Below are positions 21,705-33,072 of a stretch of 64,000 nucleotides of DNA, one piece after another. Made by a program: the position numbers and the translations under genes. This DNA is from Alphaproteobacteria bacterium (GTDB lineage Bacteria; Pseudomonadota; Alphaproteobacteria; JAAXGF01): NCBI GenBank assembly GCA_963555825.3, contig CAUVXB020000002.1:1056001-1120000 (forward strand), read 5' to 3'. Each line of letters opens with the position of its first letter. Position 1 is the first letter of the stretch. The notes under the pieces were generated by a model, which ran no database searches, was not told the DNA's origin, and saw only the letters and a program-made list of their open reading frames with translations.

Positions 21705-23123
21705 ATGAGTGACAGCCAGCTGCCGCTGGAGAGCGGCGACAATCTGCCGGAATTTACCGTCAGCGAGCTGTCGTTCGCGGTCAAGCGCACCATCGAGGGC
21801 AGCTTCGAGGTGGTCCGCGTGCGCGGCGAGGTCTCGGGTCTCAAGCGCCATTCGTCGGGCCACGTCTACTTCACGCTGAAGGACGAGAAAGCGGTGCTGT
21901 CGGCGATCTGCTGGCGCGGCATGGCGGCAAAGCTGCGCTTCCAGCCCGAGGACGGCCTCGAGGTGATCTGCACCGGCCGGCTGACGACCTATGCCGGCCG
22001 CTCGCAGTACCAGATCATCGTCGAGCGCGTCGAGCCGGCCGGCGAGGGCGCGCTCTTGGCGCTCTTGGAGGCGCGCCGCAAGCAACTCGCCGCCGAGGGC
22101 CTGTTCGACGAGGACCGCAAGCAACCGCTGCCCTATCTCCCCGAGGTCATCGGCGTCATCACCTCGCCGACCGGCGCCGTCATCCGCGACATCCTGCACC
22201 GCCTGGCCGACCGCTTCCCGCGCCACGTGTTGATGTGGCCGGTACGCGTCCAGGGCGAGAGCGCGGCGCAAGAGGTCGCCGCCGCCATCGCCGGCTTCAA
22301 CGGGCTGGCGGCCGGCGGGCCGGTGCCGCGCCCCGACGTCATCATCGTCGCGCGCGGCGGCGGCAGCCTCGAGGACCTCTGGGCGTTCAACGAGGAGGTC
22401 GTCGTGCGCGCCGCGGCGGCCTCCGACATCCCGCTGATCTCGGCGGTCGGCCACGAGACCGACGTGACGCTGATCGACTTCGCCGCCGACCGCCGGGCGC
22501 CGACACCGACCGCGGCGGCCGAGATGGCGGTGCCGGTGCGCGCCGAGCTCGTGATGCGCCTGCTCGAGCTCGAACGCCGGCTGATCGGCGGTGCCGCGCG
22601 GTTCCTCGAAAGTCGCGCCGTCGAGCTGCGCGGCCTTGGCCGCGGCCTGCCCGACCCGCGCAGCCTGATCGAGCCCGCGACCCAGCGTCTCGACAACGCG
22701 GCCGAACGGCTCGCCCAGGCGCTGCGCTTCTGGGTCGAGCGCCAACGCCGGCGCATCCCCGAGCTCAGGCCCGGCCCGCTGCGCGCCGAGATCGCGCGCC
22801 GCGCGGCGACGCTCGATGGTCTGCCGCCGCGCCTCCTGCAGGGGCTCAGGCGCATGCTGGGCGAGGCGACGCGCCGGCTCGAGGCGCAGGCCCGGCTGCT
22901 CGACGGCTTCGGCTTCGAGCGGGTGTTGGCGCGCGGCTTCGTGCTCGCCCGCGACGACGCCGGGCACCCGGTGACCTCGGCGGCGGGCGCCACGCCCGGC
23001 ACCGGCCTCGCGCTCATATTCCACGACGGCGAACGCCACGCCACCGTCGACGGCGCGCAGACGCGAAAGAAGAAGGCTAAGCCAGGCAAGCCGCCGGGCG
23101 ACGCCCAGGGCAGCCTGCTCTAG
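21705..23123 (+). CDS. xseA: Exodeoxyribonuclease VII large subunit
   Basis: [32 protein letters not shown]. Confidence 0.96.
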   Translation: MSDSQLPLESGDNLPEFTVSELSFAVKRTIEGSFEVVRVRGEVSGLKRHSSGHVYFTLKDEKAVLSAICWRGMAAKLRFQPEDGLEVICTGRLTTYAGRSQYQIIVERVEPAGEGALLALLEARRKQLAAEGLFDEDRKQPLPYLPEVIGVITSPTGAVIRDILHRLADRFPRHVLMWPVRVQGESAAQEVAAAIAGFNGLAAGGPVPRPDVIIVARGGGSLEDLWAFNEEVVVRAAAASDIPLISAVGHETDVTLIDFAADRRAPTPTAAAEMAVPVRAELVMRLLELERRLIGGAARFLESRAVELRGLGRGLPDPRSLIEPATQRLDNAAERLAQALRFWVERQRRRIPELRPGPLRAEIARRAATLDGLPPRLLQGLRRMLGEATRRLEAQARLLDGFGFERVLARGFVLARDDAGHPVTSAAGATPGTGLALIFHDGERHATVDGAQTRKKKAKPGKPPGDAQGSLL

Positions 23124-24313
23124 TCAGAATCTCGGTCGAAGCGCGCCCCGAGGTCGAGGCCCAGGTCCGCGGCGCGCTGCTCGACCACCTCGTCGATGAT
23201 TTTACGCATGTTCTGATCCGTCGCGAGCAACTCGCGAAAGTCGTCGCAATCGAGCACCAGCAGGCGGCATTGCGTCACGGTGCGTATCGTGGCGCCACGC
23301 GGCGAATCGTGAAGCAAGGCGAACTCGCCGAAGAAGTCACCGTCGCCGAGCAGCACCGGTTCGGGCTCGATCTCGACACTGACCTCGCCGGTCGCGATGA
23401 AGAACATGTCTTCGGCCGGGTCGCCCTTGTGAAAGATCACGGTCTCCGCCTCGACGACGCGCGCCTGCAGCAGGTTCGTGATGCGAGAGACCGACAGCCC
23501 GTCGAGCCGGGCGAACAGCGGCACCCGCGCGATCATGCTCCACGAGACGACAAAATCGCGGCGGTGGATATCGCTGGCGAAACCGGAAGCCAGGATGCCG
23601 ATCGGCAGCGCGAACATGCCGAGGCCGAAGATCATGACCAGCCCGCCGACCATCTTGCCGAGCGGTGTTGCCGGCACGACGTCGCCATAGCCGACCGTGG
23701 TCAGCGTCGCCAGCGCCCACCACATCGATTCCGGAATGCTGCCGAACTTGTCGGGCGAGACGTGACGCTCGATGTAATAAATCGCCGTCGACGCGACCAA
23801 CAGCATCGCCGCCATGATCAGCAGCGCGCCGACCAGGGCGCGGCGTTCGTTGTGCAACACGCGCCCGAGCGTGGCGAGCGCCGGCGAGTAGCGCACCAGC
23901 TTCAAGAGCCGAAGCAGGCGGAAGACGCGCAGCAGCCTCAAATCGGCGAAGGGCAGGATCAAGGCGATATAGAACGGCAGGATCGCCGCGAGATCGATCA
24001 GCGCGAACGGCGTCGAGGCGAACTTCAGCCGCGCCTTGATCGGACCATCCCCGGCGACCGACAGATGCTCGTCGGAGACCCACAGGCGGAGCAGGTATTC
24101 GACCGTGAAGATCGCCACCGAGGCGACCTCGAAGGCCCAGAACTCGGCCTCGTAGCGCGCGTGGATCGGCTCGACGGTCTCGACCACCACGGCCAACACG
24201 TTGGTGACGATCAGCGCGATCAGCGCCCGATCGATGTTGCGGCTCAGGCGATCGTCGGGATGGGCGACTTCGAGCACCTGGTAGACGCGACGCTTCAATC
24301 CCTGGCTCATCAT
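23120..24313 (-). CDS. Cyclic nucleotide-gated potassium channel
   Basis: S4 segment RLLRVFRLLR, filter TVGYGD, cNMP domain FGEFALL. Confidence 0.92.
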   Translation of the reverse strand: MMSQGLKRRVYQVLEVAHPDDRLSRNIDRALIALIVTNVLAVVVETVEPIHARYEAEFWAFEVASVAIFTVEYLLRLWVSDEHLSVAGDGPIKARLKFASTPFALIDLAAILPFYIALILPFADLRLLRVFRLLRLLKLVRYSPALATLGRVLHNERRALVGALLIMAAMLLVASTAIYYIERHVSPDKFGSIPESMWWALATLTTVGYGDVVPATPLGKMVGGLVMIFGLGMFALPIGILASGFASDIHRRDFVVSWSMIARVPLFARLDGLSVSRITNLLQARVVEAETVIFHKGDPAEDMFFIATGEVSVEIEPEPVLLGDGDFFGEFALLHDSPRGATIRTVTQCRLLVLDCDDFRELLATDQNMRKIIDEVVEQRAADLGLDLGARFDRDSD

Positions 24314-24454
24314 TTCGTCATTTCTGCCCGCGATCCGTGGAGGTTAGCCCATTTAAGCGGCGCGAAACAGACGGCCGATCGATCGACACTCACTTGATCC
24401 GCGCCGGCCGACGGTGCTAGCACCGGTCGGACAGCGACAAAGCGACGGGGTAAC

Positions 24455-25303
24455 ATGCGGTCTACGGCATCGTTCATCACCCGGGCGGCGCTCGGGCTCA
24501 TACTCGCCCTCATGCTCGCCCGTGCGCCACTGCCCGCCACTGCCGGCACGATCACCATCGACGGCCGGACGGTTCAGGGCGGCTTGGTGCGCGGCATTAC
24601 CGAACCCGGCTCGCAAGTGCGTTTCCGCGACCGCCTCGTGCGGGTCTCGCCCGACGGCGTGTTCTTAATCGGCTTCGGCCGCGACGACAGCGGCAAATTC
24701 GCGCTCGACATCCGCCACCCGAACGGCTCGAAATCGCATATCGAACTCGCCGTCGAGGAACGCGAATACGACGTCCAGCGGATCGACGGCTTGGCGCCCA
24801 AGATGGTGACGCCCGGCGAGGCGGCGCTCGCGCGCATCGCCCGCGAAGGCGCCATGATCGCCAAGGTCCGCGCGCGCGACACGCCCGAGGCGCTGTTTGC
24901 CGGCGGCTTCGTGTGGCCGGCCATCGGGCCGATCAGCGGGGTCTATGGCAGTCGGCGCATCCTCAACGGCGAGCCCAAGCGACCGCATTACGGCGTCGAC
25001 GTCGCGGCGCCCGAAGGCAGCGCCGTGGTCGCGCCCGCCGATGGTATCGTCGCGCTTGCCGAGGACGACCTCTACTACACCGGCGGCACGGTGATGCTCG
25101 ACCATGGCCACGGCCTGACCTCGGTCTTCTCGCATTTGAGCGCGGTGACCGCCACGCTCGGCGCGCGCGTCGCCCAAGGCGATCCGATCGGCCGTATCGG
25201 CGCGACGGGGCGCGCCACCGGCGCCCATCTCGACTGGCGCGTCAACCTGTTCACGACCCGCCTCGACCCGGCGCTGCTGGTCGGCCCGATGCCGGAAAAC
25301 TAA
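24455..25303 (+). CDS. M23 family peptidase
   Basis: HYGVD, ATGAHLDW, signal peptide. Confidence 0.9.
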   Translation: MRSTASFITRAALGLILALMLARAPLPATAGTITIDGRTVQGGLVRGITEPGSQVRFRDRLVRVSPDGVFLIGFGRDDSGKFALDIRHPNGSKSHIELAVEEREYDVQRIDGLAPKMVTPGEAALARIAREGAMIAKVRARDTPEALFAGGFVWPAIGPISGVYGSRRILNGEPKRPHYGVDVAAPEGSAVVAPADGIVALAEDDLYYTGGTVMLDHGHGLTSVFSHLSAVTATLGARVAQGDPIGRIGATGRATGAHLDWRVNLFTTRLDPALLVGPMPEN

Positions 25304-25319
25304 AAACAGGGATCGCCAC

Positions 25320-25382
25320 CACAAAGGCACAAAGGCACAAAGGCACAAAGGCACAAAGGCACAAAGGCACAAAGGCACAAAG
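25320..25382 (+). repeat. Octamer tandem repeat (CACAAAGG), about 8 units
   Basis: Read directly from the sequence. Confidence 0.95.
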
Positions 25383-25385
25383 CTT

Positions 25386-25655
25386 GCTCGACCTGGTTCA
25401 AAGGCGCTGGTGGGTGTGAAATGGGCCTGCCAGCGCGGCCGTTTGGCGAAAGTCGCGGATCGCCTTGGTCTTGTGGGTCCCGTAGTTGATCCATGACGAC
25501 GAGATCGAAAGTCGTGGCTGCGCCGCTCCGTTCGCCACGACGAGGCTCTTTTCATACAGACCGACGATGTCGCACGAAGAAGGGATCGCTCGACAGCTTG
25601 AAGGTCTCCGAGCGATGCGGCTGCAAGCCGAAGGCCTTCGCCAGATGCGATGAAT
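25386..25655 (-). pseudogene. Multiply deleted remnant of the IS630 type B transposase
   Basis: Collinear blocks matching 18962-19470, separated by many deletions. Confidence 0.8.
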
Positions 25656-25748
25656 CTAGAACCAAACAAAATTACGAATTTTTAGTAAAAATTTACTAAA
25701 ATTATATGGTGTGATCTGCGTGTTTCGGTAGCGCTTCAATATTTTTCT

Positions 25749-25863
25749 TCTGTGTCTCTGTGTCTCTGTGTCTCTGTGTCTCTCTCTGTGTCTCTGTGTC
25801 TCTGTGTCTCTGTGTCTCTGTGTCTCTGTGTCTCTGTGTCTCTGTGTCTCTGTGTCTCTGTGT
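25749..25863 (+). repeat. Octamer tandem repeat (TCTGTGTC), about 14 units
   Basis: Read directly; abuts IS256. Confidence 0.95.
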
Positions 25864-27233
25864 GAGCTATTGTCAAAAGTTGTGTATGGGCTGATCATGC
25901 GGCGGCGCGATCCTGGCGTTCTCCATCTACGAATTTGACGCCGCGAATGATCTCGGCGAGATGGTTCGATCCATCGAGTTTTCTCCATTTTCTCTGAGCG
26001 CACTGGCATAGTTTGAAGACCATGGCCATCGCCGTCTTGCGCGACAGGCAGCCCTTGGTCCGGTAGGTGCGCAGACGAACCGTGGCGAACGTGCTCTCGA
26101 TGGGGTTGGTCGTGCGTACATGCTTCCAGTGCTCGGCGGGGAAGTCGTAGAACGTCAGCAGGACGTCGCGGTCCTTGGCCAGGCAGGCCGCGGCCTTGTC
26201 GTACTTCGGCCCGTAGGCTTCCAGGAAGAAGTCGAAGGCGCTCTCGGCATCCTTCCTGGTTTCGGCCATCCAGATGTCTTGCAGGCGCCCCTTGGCTTTC
26301 TTTTGCAGACCCTTGGGCAGCTTGTTCAAGACGTTGCCCGTCTTGTGAACCCAGCAGCGTTGCTCGCGGGCGCCTGGGTAGACTTGGCGGAGCGCCTTCC
26401 AGAAGCCGAGCGCGCCGTCGCCGAGCGCCAGTTGCGGACCCATTTCAAGGCCGCGCCGCTTGAGATCGAGCAGAACTTCGAGCCAGGACTGCTCACTTTC
26501 GCGATAGCCGTCGGCGATGGCGATCAGTTCCTTCTGTCCCTTGTCCGTGGCCCCGACGATCACCAGGATGCACTGCTTCTCTTCCTCCATGCGGGCGCTG
26601 AAATAGATGCCGTCCACCCAGAAATAGACGTAGCGCTTGGCCGTGAGGTCGCGCCGTTGCCAGCGCTCCGCCTCAACCCCCCAGACCTCTTTCAGCCGGG
26701 TGATCGTGGAGGCCGAAAGCCCCGGCGCGGAGCTCCCCAGGAGCGCCGCCAAGGCTTCCCCGAAGTCGCCGGTGGAAATGCCCTTCAGATACAGCCATGG
26801 CAAAAGGTCTTCCAGGCTCTTGGCGCGGCGCAGATAGCGCGGCAGGATCGCCGACGTGAAGCGGATGGCGCCGTCCCCCCGGTCCCGCACACGGGGTTGG
26901 CGCACGCTCACCGGGCCGATCCCGGTCTGGATGAAGCGTTCCGGCAGATATCCATTGCGGACAACCCGGCGGCGGCCGGCGGCGTCAACAAGCGCCGCAT
27001 GGCTACCCAAAAACACGGAGACCTCGGCCTCAACGGCTTGGGCCAACAACTCGCGAGCTCCAGCTTGTAGGACTTCCGTCAACGGATCTTTCTGAAAATC
27101 AGATGGGTTTTGAAAAGCAACAACGGTATTCTCTTTCATGGCGTATCCTTCCTTGGCTTAGCTCAAGTGGTGACATCAACAATCACCAGGATACGCCGCC
27201 TTCATTTCAACGCCGTACACAAGATTCGGTTAT
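25864..27233 (-). mobile_element. IS256-family element, copy 1; transposase 25895-27139
   Basis: Same protein as 33597-34841 (WVDGIY, GDGALGF, QRCWVH, TTNPIE). The terminal AGCTC of one IR is missing. Confidence 0.93.
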
Positions 27234-27357
27234 GTGTCTCTGTGTCTCTGTGTCTCTGTGTCTCTGTGTCTCTGTGTCTCTGTGTCTCTGTGTCTCTGTG
27301 TCTCTGTGTCTCTGTGTCTCTGTGTCTCTGTGTCTCTGTGTCTCTGTGTCTCTGTGG
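27234..27357 (+). repeat. Octamer tandem repeat (TCTGTGTC), about 15 units
   Basis: Continuation of the 25749 tract on the far side of IS256. Confidence 0.95.
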
Positions 27358-27376
27358 TTCGTCTTGGCGACTTCGC

Positions 27377-28267
27377 TCAGTCGGGCCAGCGGCGGTGGAG
27401 CCAGAGCCACTGCTCGGGGCGCGCGCGGATCCAGTCCTCGAAGATCGCGTTGACGCGCCGCATGGTCTCGAAGACGTCGGCCTCGCGGTCGCCCGTGTCG
27501 GGCAATTCCATCGGCGGCTGAAAGGTCAGGCGGAAACGCGCGCCGTCGAGCCGCTCGAGCCGCGCCGGCACCACCGGACAGCGGTATTTGAGCGCCAGCT
27601 GGGCGAGCGCCGGCGCGGTCATCGCGTCGCGCCCGAAGAACGGCACCGCGATGCCGTCGTTGAGCTTCTGATCGACCAGCATCGCCAGGTGCTCGCCGCG
27701 GATCAGCGCGCGCACCAGTTGGCGCGCGCCGGCCGAACCCTTGGGATGGTGGGTGCCGCCGACCGGCGCGCGCAGGCGCTGGATGATCGGCTCGACATAG
27801 GGGTTGTTGGCGGCGCGATAGATATGCGTCAGCGGCACGCCGTTCTGTGTCGCGCCGAGCGAGGGGATCTCCCAGTTGCCGAGATGGGCGGCGAAGAAGA
27901 TGCCGCCGATGCCGTCGTCGCGCAGTCGCTCGACGTAGTGCGCGTCGATCACCTCGACGCGGCCGTCCGCGGCGTGGACGTCGATCTCGCCGAGATGCGG
28001 GTACTCGGCGGCGACGCGGCCCAGATTGTCCCACATGCCGCGGATCACTCGGGCGACCTCGCCATCGGACATCTCGGGGAAGGCGTGGCGCAGGTTGCGC
28101 GCGGCGACCCGGCTGATGCCGGCGTGCGGTCCGATCGTGCGACCGAGCCAGCCGCCCAGCGCCGAGGCGCGGTCGATCGGCAGCGCGCCGAACAGGGCGA
28201 GCGCGAGCCGCGCGCACCAGGCCTGCAGCCGGTACGACGCATCGCGCCAGACGCCGCCGCGCGCCAT
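27377..28267 (-). CDS. lpxL: Lipid A lauroyl/late acyltransferase (HtrB/LpxL family)
   Basis: HLGNWE, LVDQK, PEQWLWLHRRW. Confidence 0.85.
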   Translation of the reverse strand: MARGGVWRDASYRLQAWCARLALALFGALPIDRASALGGWLGRTIGPHAGISRVAARNLRHAFPEMSDGEVARVIRGMWDNLGRVAAEYPHLGEIDVHAADGRVEVIDAHYVERLRDDGIGGIFFAAHLGNWEIPSLGATQNGVPLTHIYRAANNPYVEPIIQRLRAPVGGTHHPKGSAGARQLVRALIRGEHLAMLVDQKLNDGIAVPFFGRDAMTAPALAQLALKYRCPVVPARLERLDGARFRLTFQPPMELPDTGDREADVFETMRRVNAIFEDWIRARPEQWLWLHRRWPD

Positions 28268-28272
28268 CGCGC

Positions 28273-29250
28273 TCACCGGCCCTCGAACAGCGGCGCCAGC
28301 AGGCGGTCGAGCCTCGCCGGCTCGGCCCATTCGAGGCGCACGCGCAGGACCTCGATCATCGGCCGCGCCTCCTCGGGCAGGCGGACATGGTCCTTCTCGG
28401 TCGTCACCAGCGCCGCTCCTTCGTCGGCCGCCAATTCGACCAGTTCCATGATTTCGTCGGCGTCGTAGCGGTGATGGTCGGCGAAGACGCGGGTCGCGAG
28501 CGGGCGGCAGCCGAGCGCTTCGAGGGTCGCGAAGAACTTCTCGGGCCGGGCGATGCCGGCGAAGGCGACGACCGGGCGGTCGGCCAGGGTCATCGCCTCG
28601 AGCGTCGGCGCGAGCGTGGCGCGCAGCAGCGCGCGGCCGGTCGCCTCGATCCGCGCCGCGACGCCGGCCCCGTCGGCGCCCAGCAGCACCACGGCGTCGG
28701 CCCTGGCGAGGCCGCGGCGGACGTCCTCGCGCAGCGGACCGGCGGGCATCGGCCGGCCGTTGCCGAAGCCGTAGACGCCGTCGACGACGACCAGCGACAG
28801 GTCCTTGGCGATATGGCCGTTCTGGTAGCCGTCGTCCATGACCACGACCTCGGCGCCGGCGGCCGCCGCGGCGCGCGCCCCGGCGGCGCGGTCGCGCGCC
28901 ACCCAGGTCGGCCGCCCGGCCGCGAGCAGCAGTGGCTCGTCGCCGACCTCGCGCGCGTCATGGCGCGCCGGCTCGACCCGGACCGGGCCGCGCGCGCGGC
29001 CGCCATAGCCGCGGCTCAGGAAATGCACGTTGTGGCCAAGTGCGGCGAGCCGCGCGCCGAGCGCCAGCGCAACCGGCGTCTTGCCGGCGCCGCCGACGAC
29101 CAGATTGCCGACGCAGACCACCGGCACCGGCGCGCGCTGGGCGCTGGCCAAGGCGCGGCTGGCGCGGCCGGCGGCGTCGTAGCTCCAGGCGAGCGGCGCC
29201 AGGAGCGCTGGCAAGAGGCCGCCGCGGCGCCAGAACTCAGGCGCCTTCAC
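28273..29250 (-). CDS. lpxK: Tetraacyldisaccharide 4'-kinase
   Basis: VGNLVVGGAGKTP, SRGYGG, MDDGYQ, TTEKD. Confidence 0.95.
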   Translation of the reverse strand: MKAPEFWRRGGLLPALLAPLAWSYDAAGRASRALASAQRAPVPVVCVGNLVVGGAGKTPVALALGARLAALGHNVHFLSRGYGGRARGPVRVEPARHDAREVGDEPLLLAAGRPTWVARDRAAGARAAAAAGAEVVVMDDGYQNGHIAKDLSLVVVDGVYGFGNGRPMPAGPLREDVRRGLARADAVVLLGADGAGVAARIEATGRALLRATLAPTLEAMTLADRPVVAFAGIARPEKFFATLEALGCRPLATRVFADHHRYDADEIMELVELAADEGAALVTTEKDHVRLPEEARPMIEVLRVRLEWAEPARLDRLLAPLFEGR

Positions 29251-30529
29251 GGCGCGCGCCCTCCGGCATGGCGTCGAGATAGGGCGCGATGGCGTCCTCT
29301 ATGGCATCGAGGACGCCGGACTCGGTTTCGGCGACCACGCGGGCCGCCTCGGCGCGGCGGTGGCGCAGATCGGTGTCGTCCAGGAGGCGCGCAACGGCGC
29401 GCGCCAGTGCGCCGCCGTCGGCGACCGGCTCGACCGCGTCGGCCGCGGCGAAACCCTCGGCCACGGCCGAGAAGTTGAACATATGCGGGCCCCACAGCAG
29501 CGCGCAGCCGAGTCGCGCGGGTTCGAGCGGGTTGTGGCCGCCGTGCGGCACCAACGAGCCGCCGACGAAAACGATCTCGGCGAGCCGGTAGAACAGGCCG
29601 AGCTCGCCCAGCGTGTCGGCGAGGTAGACGTGGGTATCGGCGGCGATGGCGTCTTCGCGCGCGCGCCGCGCGATATTGAGGTCGGCGGCGTCGAGCTCGC
29701 CGGCGAGCGCCGCGCCGCGCTGCGGATGGCGCGGCACGATCACGGTGAGCAGGCCCGGATGCGTCCGCGTCAGCGCGCGGTGCGCCTCGGCGACGATGCG
29801 CTCCTCGCCCGAGTGCGTGCTCGCCGCGAGCCACAGCGGCCGATCGCCGACCGCGGCGCGCAGGCGATCTAACGCGGCGGCGTCGGCGGGCAACGGATCG
29901 GCCGCGAATTTCAGGTTGCCGACGGCGCGCACATCGGTGGCGCCCAGCGCGGCCAGCCTGGCGGCCTGCTCGTCGTTCTGTGCCAGGCACAGCGCGAAAC
30001 CGCCGAGCAGCGGCGCGACCAGGCCGCGCAAGCGGCGCCAGCGCTTGAACGACGCCGAGGACATGCGCGCATTGACCATCAGGCAGGGCACGCCGCGCGC
30101 CTGGGTCTCGGCGACCAGGTTGGGCCACAGCTCTGATTCGGCCCACAACGCGAGGTCGGGCTTCCAATGGTCGAGGAAGCGGCGCACCGCGTCGGGCCGG
30201 TCGACCGGCACGTACTGGTGCAGCGCGCCGGCCGGCAGGCGGTCGGCGATCAGCTGGGCCGAGGTCACCGTGCCGGTGGTCATCAACACTCGGGCGTCGC
30301 CGCGGCGCGCCAGCAGGCGTTCGATCAGCGGCAGCATCGAAACCGCCTCGCCGACGCTGGCCGCGTGTATCCAGGCGAGTGGCCCCGCCGGCCGTGGCGC
30401 GCCGGCGTGGCCGAAGCGCTCGTCGAAGCGCGCGGCGTCTTCCTTGCCGGCCGCGCGGCGGCGGCGCAGATAGAGGCCGATTAGCGGCGCGGCGACCGTC
30501 GTCAGGCCGCGGTAAATCTGCGGCGTCAT
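29237..30529 (-). CDS. waaA: Kdo transferase
   Basis: WIHAASVGE, ESELWPN, PRHPQR, GGHNPLEP. Confidence 0.95.
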   Translation of the reverse strand: MTPQIYRGLTTVAAPLIGLYLRRRRAAGKEDAARFDERFGHAGAPRPAGPLAWIHAASVGEAVSMLPLIERLLARRGDARVLMTTGTVTSAQLIADRLPAGALHQYVPVDRPDAVRRFLDHWKPDLALWAESELWPNLVAETQARGVPCLMVNARMSSASFKRWRRLRGLVAPLLGGFALCLAQNDEQAARLAALGATDVRAVGNLKFAADPLPADAAALDRLRAAVGDRPLWLAASTHSGEERIVAEAHRALTRTHPGLLTVIVPRHPQRGAALAGELDAADLNIARRAREDAIAADTHVYLADTLGELGLFYRLAEIVFVGGSLVPHGGHNPLEPARLGCALLWGPHMFNFSAVAEGFAAADAVEPVADGGALARAVARLLDDTDLRHRRAEAARVVAETESGVLDAIEDAIAPYLDAMPEGARREGA

Positions 30530-31263
30530 CGCACCTCCGAGGGGCTCGCGCCGGCGTCCGGCAGCTCGGCCGGCGCCGGCTCGATGGCGGCGCAGCCGAC
30601 CAGCCGGTCGGCCTCGGCGGTGACCGCGTTTAGACCGTCCTCGAGTCGGCGGCGGGCGGCCTCGCGGGCGGCCGCATCGGCGTGTTTGGGCAGCGTGATC
30701 GGCGCGCCCCAGACGAACACGCCGCGGCTGAACGGCCAGGCCAGGACGAAGCGGTCCCAACTGCCCAGCACCCGGCGCCGCGACGTCGCGAAGGCCGCCG
30801 GCAGGATCGGCACGCCCGAAAGCCGCGCGATGTCGACCGCGCCGCCGGCGGCGCGCATGCGCGGGCCGCGCGGCCCGTCGGGCGTGACGCCGATGCATTG
30901 GCCGGCCTTGAGCGCCCGCAGGATGGCGCGCAGCGCCGCCGAGCCGCCGTGGCTCGTCGAGCCGGCGATGCTGGCGATACCGAAACGGCGAACCGTGCGG
31001 GCGATCAGCTGGCCGTCGCGGTGCTGCGAGATCAGCATGTTGATCGGCGTCGTCCACGGCCAACAGTAGGGCATCATTAGGATGCGGCCGTGCCAGAACG
31101 CCAGGATGAAGGGCGTGCCGTCGCGCCACAGCGCCTCGGGCGCCTCGGCGCCGACGACGCGCCAGCGGCCGGTCGCGTGGACCAGGCGGATGTAGAGCGC
31201 GACCAGGGCGCAGGCGACGCCCTGAAGGGCGCCCGAGCGCAGAATGCGTTTGGCGAGCTTCAC
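30526..31263 (-). CDS. DUF374 lysophospholipid acyltransferase-like protein
   Basis: FWHGRI, ISQHRDG, TPDGPRGP. Confidence 0.85.
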   Translation of the reverse strand: MKLAKRILRSGALQGVACALVALYIRLVHATGRWRVVGAEAPEALWRDGTPFILAFWHGRILMMPYCWPWTTPINMLISQHRDGQLIARTVRRFGIASIAGSTSHGGSAALRAILRALKAGQCIGVTPDGPRGPRMRAAGGAVDIARLSGVPILPAAFATSRRRVLGSWDRFVLAWPFSRGVFVWGAPITLPKHADAAAREAARRRLEDGLNAVTAEADRLVGCAAIEPAPAELPDAGASPSEVR

Positions 31264-31266
31264 CGA

Positions 31267-33072
31267 TCAGGCCCGGGCGCGGGCCATCCCGTCGTCGGCG
31301 CCGGCGGCGTCGGCGCGCTGTATGGCGTAGAGCCGGGCATAGAGCCCGTTTCGGGCGAGCAATTCGCCATGGCTGCCCTGTTCGACGACGCGGCCGTCCT
31401 CGACGACGTAGATGACGTCGGCGTCGGTCACGGTCGAAAGGCGATGCGCGATGACCAGCGTGGTGCGGCCCGTCTTGAGGCGATCGAGCGCCGCCTGGAC
31501 AAGCCGTTCCGATTCGGAATCGAGCGACGAGGTCGCCTCGTCGAGCAGCAGGATCGGCGCGTTCTTGAGCATCGCGCGCGCGATCGCGATGCGCTGGCGC
31601 TGACCGCCCGAGAGCTTGACGCCGTGCTCGCCGACGACGGTCTCGTAGCCGTCGGGCAGCGCCTCGATGAAACCGGCGGCGGCGGCGGCCGCCGCCGCCG
31701 CGCGGATGTCGGCATCGGAAGCCCCGGCGCGGCCGTAGGCAATGTTGGCGCGCACCGTGTCGTTGAACAGACTGACCTCCTGGCTGACCAGGCCAATGGC
31801 GCCGCGCAGGCTGGCGATGGTGACGTCGCGCAGGTCCTGGCCGTCGATCCGCACGCCGCCGCCGTCGACGTCGTAGAAGCGCGGGATCAGGTTGAGGATG
31901 GTCGATTTTCCGGCGCCCGACGGGCCGACCAGCGCCGCGGTGCGGCCGGCCGGCACCTCGAGCGTCACGCCGTTGAGCGCCGGCGCCGCGCCGCCGTAGG
32001 CGAAGCGCACGTCGTCGAAGGCGATCGCGCCGGCCTCGATCGCCAGCGGCCGCGCGTCGGCGCGGTCGACGATGCCGGGCGCGGTGTCGAGCAGCGCGTA
32101 TATGCGCTGCGCCGCGGCGAGGCCTTCCTGCAAGTGGGCGTTGAGGTTGGCCAGCGTCTTCATCGGCTGATAGGCGAGCAGCAGCGCGGTGATGAACGAG
32201 AAGAAGGCGCCCGTCGTCGTCGCGCCGTCGATGACCTGCCAGCCGCCGTAGAAGATCACGACCGCGATCGCGATGCCGCCCAGGTTCTCCATGATCGGCG
32301 AGGCCAGCGCGCGCGCCCGAACCGCCTTCAAGATGAGCTTGTAGAGCTCCTCGACGACGGCCTTGGCGCGGCCCGTCTCGTAGGCCTCCATGCCGTATGC
32401 CTTGACGTGGCGGGCACCCTGGAAGGTCTCATTGAGCAGCGCGGTAAAGCGGCCGACATGGGTCTGGGTGCGCGCCGAGACCTTGCGCATGCGCTTGCCG
32501 ATCTTGACCACCGGCAGGATGGCGACCGGGAAGATGACGCAGGCGATCAGCGCCAGCGCCCAATCCTGGTAGATCATGACGCCGACCAGGAAGACCAGCG
32601 TCAGGAGTTCCTTGACGATGCCGGTCAGCGCGGTCGAGACCGCGGCACGCAACAGGTTGACGTCGTTGGTGAAGCGCGAGATCAGCGTGCCCGTCGCGGT
32701 GTCGTGATAGAACGCCAGGTCGGCGCGCATAAGGTGCGCGAACATGCGCGTCTGGAGGTCGGCGATGATGCGCTGGCCGATCTGGTTCATCAGCACCGCC
32801 TGGCCGTAGTTGGCGAAGCCCTTGACGGCGAAGATGGCGATCACGATCAGCGGCAGAGCCACGAGCATGTCGCGGTTCTTGTTGGCGAACACCTCGTTGA
32901 GCACCGGCTCCATCATATAGGCGTACGCCGCGGTCGCCGCGGCGACGACAATCATGCACGCCGCGGCGAGCGCGAGACGGCGGACATGGGGCCGCACCTC
33001 GTCGCGCACGAGGCGGTTCAATAGATAACGTGTGGACAGATGGGCCGGCGCTGGCGGCGTGACTGCAGTCAA
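31267..33072 (-). CDS. msbA: Lipid A ABC exporter (MsbA-like)
   Basis: Transmembrane domain, [21 protein letters not shown]; lipid A operon context. Confidence 0.85.
   Translation of the reverse strand: MTAVTPPAPAHLSTRYLLNRLVRDEVRPHVRRLALAAACMIVVAAATAAYAYMMEPVLNEVFANKNRDMLVALPLIVIAIFAVKGFANYGQAVLMNQIGQRIIADLQTRMFAHLMRADLAFYHDTATGTLISRFTNDVNLLRAAVSTALTGIVKELLTLVFLVGVMIYQDWALALIACVIFPVAILPVVKIGKRMRKVSARTQTHVGRFTALLNETFQGARHVKAYGMEAYETGRAKAVVEELYKLILKAVRARALASPIMENLGGIAIAVVIFYGGWQVIDGATTTGAFFSFITALLLAYQPMKTLANLNAHLQEGLAAAQRIYALLDTAPGIVDRADARPLAIEAGAIAFDDVRFAYGGAAPALNGVTLEVPAGRTAALVGPSGAGKSTILNLIPRFYDVDGGGVRIDGQDLRDVTIASLRGAIGLVSQEVSLFNDTVRANIAYGRAGASDADIRAAAAAAAAAGFIEALPDGYETVVGEHGVKLSGGQRQRIAIARAMLKNAPILLLDEATSSLDSESERLVQAALDRLKTGRTTLVIAHRLSTVTDADVIYVVEDGRVVEQGSHGELLARNGLYARLYAIQRADAAGADDGMARARA

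Noticed and set aside
27103-28468. ORFs with CLCVSVSL or HRDTETQR repeats
   Set aside because: They are translations of the octamer microsatellite.
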